From NCBI RefSeq assembly GCF_003334385.1, contig NZ_QOWN01000150.1: a stretch of DNA of 695 nt. One strand, given 5' to 3'. The position numbers and the translations under genes are program-made. How positions within the stretch are numbered: the stretch's first letter is position 1; every line of letters begins with the position of its first letter. The DNA comes from Escherichia coli. Its GTDB lineage: Bacteria; Pseudomonadota; Gammaproteobacteria; Enterobacterales; Enterobacteriaceae. Positions 1 to 695 of the stretch are shown here, in pieces. The notes under the pieces were generated by a model. The model did no database searches. It was given only the letters and a program-made list of their open reading frames with translations, and was not told where the DNA came from.

Positions 1-30
1 CGACAGGCCGTATCTGATTTTTGCGTTCAT
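1..30 (-). CDS. 5' end (first 10 codons) of a putative prophage endolysin, GH24 lysozyme, RrrQ/YdfQ-like; gene continues beyond the left window edge
   Basis: Seen in sequence: minus-strand ATG at complement of 28..30 followed by AAC GCA AAA ATC AGA TAC GGC CTG TCG = M-N-A-K-I-R-Y-G-L-S, open to the window edge. Established knowledge, recalled from memory and not searched: the E. coli K-12 Qin prophage lysozyme RrrQ begins MNAKIRYGLSAAVLA.... Caveats: only 30 bp visible, and no Shine-Dalgarno motif within 15 nt upstream on the minus strand. Confidence 0.35.
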   Translation of the reverse strand, partial: MNAKIRYGLS

Positions 31-51
31 GGATATTTATCAGGATTTATC
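31..51 (+). repeat. Tandem direct repeat GGAT(AT)TTATC (31..41 and 43..51) in the divergent intergenic region; a third GGATAT copy lies at 66..71; possible protein-binding or operator-like site
   Basis: Seen in sequence: GGATATTTATC at 31..41 and GGATTTATC at 43..51, spaced about one helical turn apart; GGATAT recurs at 66..71. They lie immediately upstream of the putative lysozyme ATG (read on the minus strand as GATAAAT repeats) and upstream of the plus-strand small ORF. No confident match to a known operator consensus. Confidence 0.25.
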
Positions 52-91
52 GGTTCCGAATCCCTGGATATGTTAAGTCTTCAGCCCGCCA

Positions 92-331
92 GTGGTGGGC
101 ACTGGCGTAAACTCAACAATGCGAGATGGCTGCCTCGCAAAGATAATCAAAGCAATGGATGCACTAAGTAAAAATAACGCTGTGTCAGATTACCTGATCG
201 CCGAAATGGAACATCTAATTAAAGAAATACCAAAGACAGTTGCTCGTGATGATAAAAGATTCCTCAAGGCTGCTGAAGATGCTCTTTCAACAGTGAAGCG
301 CAGCTTAGATGCGCCGCGCGATCAAGAATAG
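92..331 (+). CDS. Hypothetical small protein (79 aa from GTG at 92, or 70 aa from ATG at 119); possible moron-like ORF; could be a chance antisense ORF
   Basis: Seen in sequence: open frame bounded by in-frame TAA at 74..76 upstream and TAG at 329..331. Candidate starts are GTG 92 and ATG 119, neither preceded by a recognisable Shine-Dalgarno motif. The predicted peptide is helical and charged (rich in A/K/L/D/E), with no signal peptide or transmembrane segment. Codons include ATA x2, CTA x2, AGA, CGA. The last 68 bp (264..331) overlap the 3' end of the minus-strand CDS, so one of the two readings in that segment may be non-coding. Hand-counted GC of 121..240 is about 40%, below the window average. 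Confidence 0.3.
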   Translation: MVGTGVNSTMRDGCLAKIIKAMDALSKNNAVSDYLIAEMEHLIKEIPKTVARDDKRFLKAAEDALSTVKRSLDAPRDQE

Positions 332-695
332 TTTCTTTCATTTCATCTGCTGCAAGCACCTCATTTTTTGTTGGGATGCTTTTTTTCAATTCAGCGATAT
401 AGCACTCCAGTTTTTCAATGCGTGATTCAATATCATCGTTTTCTGACCGCAATGCCGTCGGTGGCGTCTTCAGAGAACCAGTAATTATTCCCGGTAGTTT
501 TCCTCTGTAGGTTATCAACACATCCTGCGCCTCTAAAATTATGGGGCGCTTTTCCGGCGACTGCTCATCCCCTTCACATAAAGCGGCAGCAATATCCATG
601 AAAAACTGCTTCGCCTGTTTTTTCGCCTCAGCTTCGTAAAACTCCAGCGTGGCACCTTCAGTACGGTCAAGACTAATCGCCACATATGGCAACAA
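264..695 (-). CDS. Hypothetical protein, 5'-partial (N-terminus lies beyond the right window edge); predicted compact N-terminal region followed by a charged helical, possibly coiled-coil, C-terminus; function unknown
   Basis: Seen in sequence: uninterrupted minus-strand reading frame of 143 sense codons from the window edge (695) to TGA (complement of 264..266). The first codon TTG at 693..695 is probably a window-edge artefact, not the true start. The only internal ATG (complement of 597..599) has no Shine-Dalgarno-like purine run upstream. Amino-acid composition is protein-like, with a heptad-like charged stretch DDIESRIEKLECYIAELKK. Codon usage resembles horizontally acquired enterobacterial genes (ATA x3, CTA x2, AGA). 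No transmembrane-like stretch, so it is not a holin. No family recognised from memory. Confidence 0.7.
   Translation of the reverse strand: MLPYVAISLDRTEGATLEFYEAEAKKQAKQFFMDIAAALCEGDEQSPEKRPIILEAQDVLITYRGKLPGIITGSLKTPPTALRSENDDIESRIEKLECYIAELKKSIPTKNEVLAADEMKETILDRAAHLSCASLLKEHLQQP

Noticed and set aside
31-51. Fur-box or DnaA-box identity for the GATAAAT repeats
   Set aside because: The repeats read GATAAAT, not the Fur hexamer GATAAT, and they lack the CACA of a DnaA box; the similarity is too loose to call.
29-76. Plus-strand mini-ORF ATG..TAA encoding 15 aa (MDIYQDLSVPNPWIC)
   Set aside because: Too short, no ribosome-binding site, and it lies within the putative lysozyme 5' region and intergenic spacer; most likely chance.
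27-83. Minus-strand frame of 18 sense codons ending in a TGA that overlaps the lysozyme ATG (ATGA), resembling a translational-coupling junction or the remnant of an upstream gene
   Set aside because: No start codon in the frame, and it is closed by an in-frame stop at complement 81..83. An ATGA overlap arises by chance whenever the second codon begins with A. It may be a relic of a deleted upstream gene, but that is not supportable from the sequence alone.
380-386. Homopolymeric T7 tract (A7 on the coding strand of the minus CDS) as a slipped-strand phase-variation site
   Set aside because: It is simply an AAA-AAA-A Lys-Lys codon run within an intact frame; there is no evidence of frame disruption, and such short tracts are common.
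332-390. Possible intrinsic terminator downstream of the plus-strand ORF (T-runs at 364..369 and 380..386)
   Set aside because: No stable GC-rich stem precedes either T-run (the best is a 4-bp stem TGCT/AGCA). The T-runs are the complement of Lys AAA codons in the minus-strand CDS.
597-599. Internal ATG (minus strand) as a possible true start of the long minus-strand CDS
   Set aside because: No Shine-Dalgarno-like motif within 15 nt upstream, and the frame stays open and protein-like for 32 codons upstream to the window edge, so the gene most likely starts outside the window.
1-695. tRNA, rRNA, CRISPR array, IS or transposon terminal inverted repeats
   Set aside because: No cloverleaf-compatible segment, no spaced identical repeats of 25 bp or longer, and no terminal inverted repeats were found by inspection.

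Overview
695 bp, about 45% GC by hand count, enterobacterial-looking codon usage. The window appears to sit in a prophage late/lysis region, read mainly on the minus strand. (1) A long minus-strand ORF (264..695) runs open to the right window edge: the C-terminal 143 residues of a protein I cannot assign to a known family. (2) At the left edge, minus-strand 30..1 encodes M-N-A-K-I-R-Y-G-L-S, which matches my recollection of the N-terminus of the E. coli Qin-prophage lysozyme RrrQ/YdfQ (GH24 endolysin); only 10 codons are visible, so this is tentative. (3) Between them lies 234 bp with no minus-strand ORF and no holin-like ORF. Instead there is a 79-codon plus-strand ORF (92..331) with a weak translation start, divergent from the lysozyme start and overlapping the 3' end of the long ORF by 68 bp. 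(4) The 61-bp divergent intergenic region carries a tandem direct repeat GGAT(AT)TTATC. No tRNA, rRNA, CRISPR, IS termini or convincing intrinsic terminator were seen. The window is too short to hold a complete multi-gene system; the notable points are the uncharacterised upstream protein, the apparent absence of a holin next to the endolysin, and the opposite-strand small ORF. All homology statements are from memory and need database confirmation.
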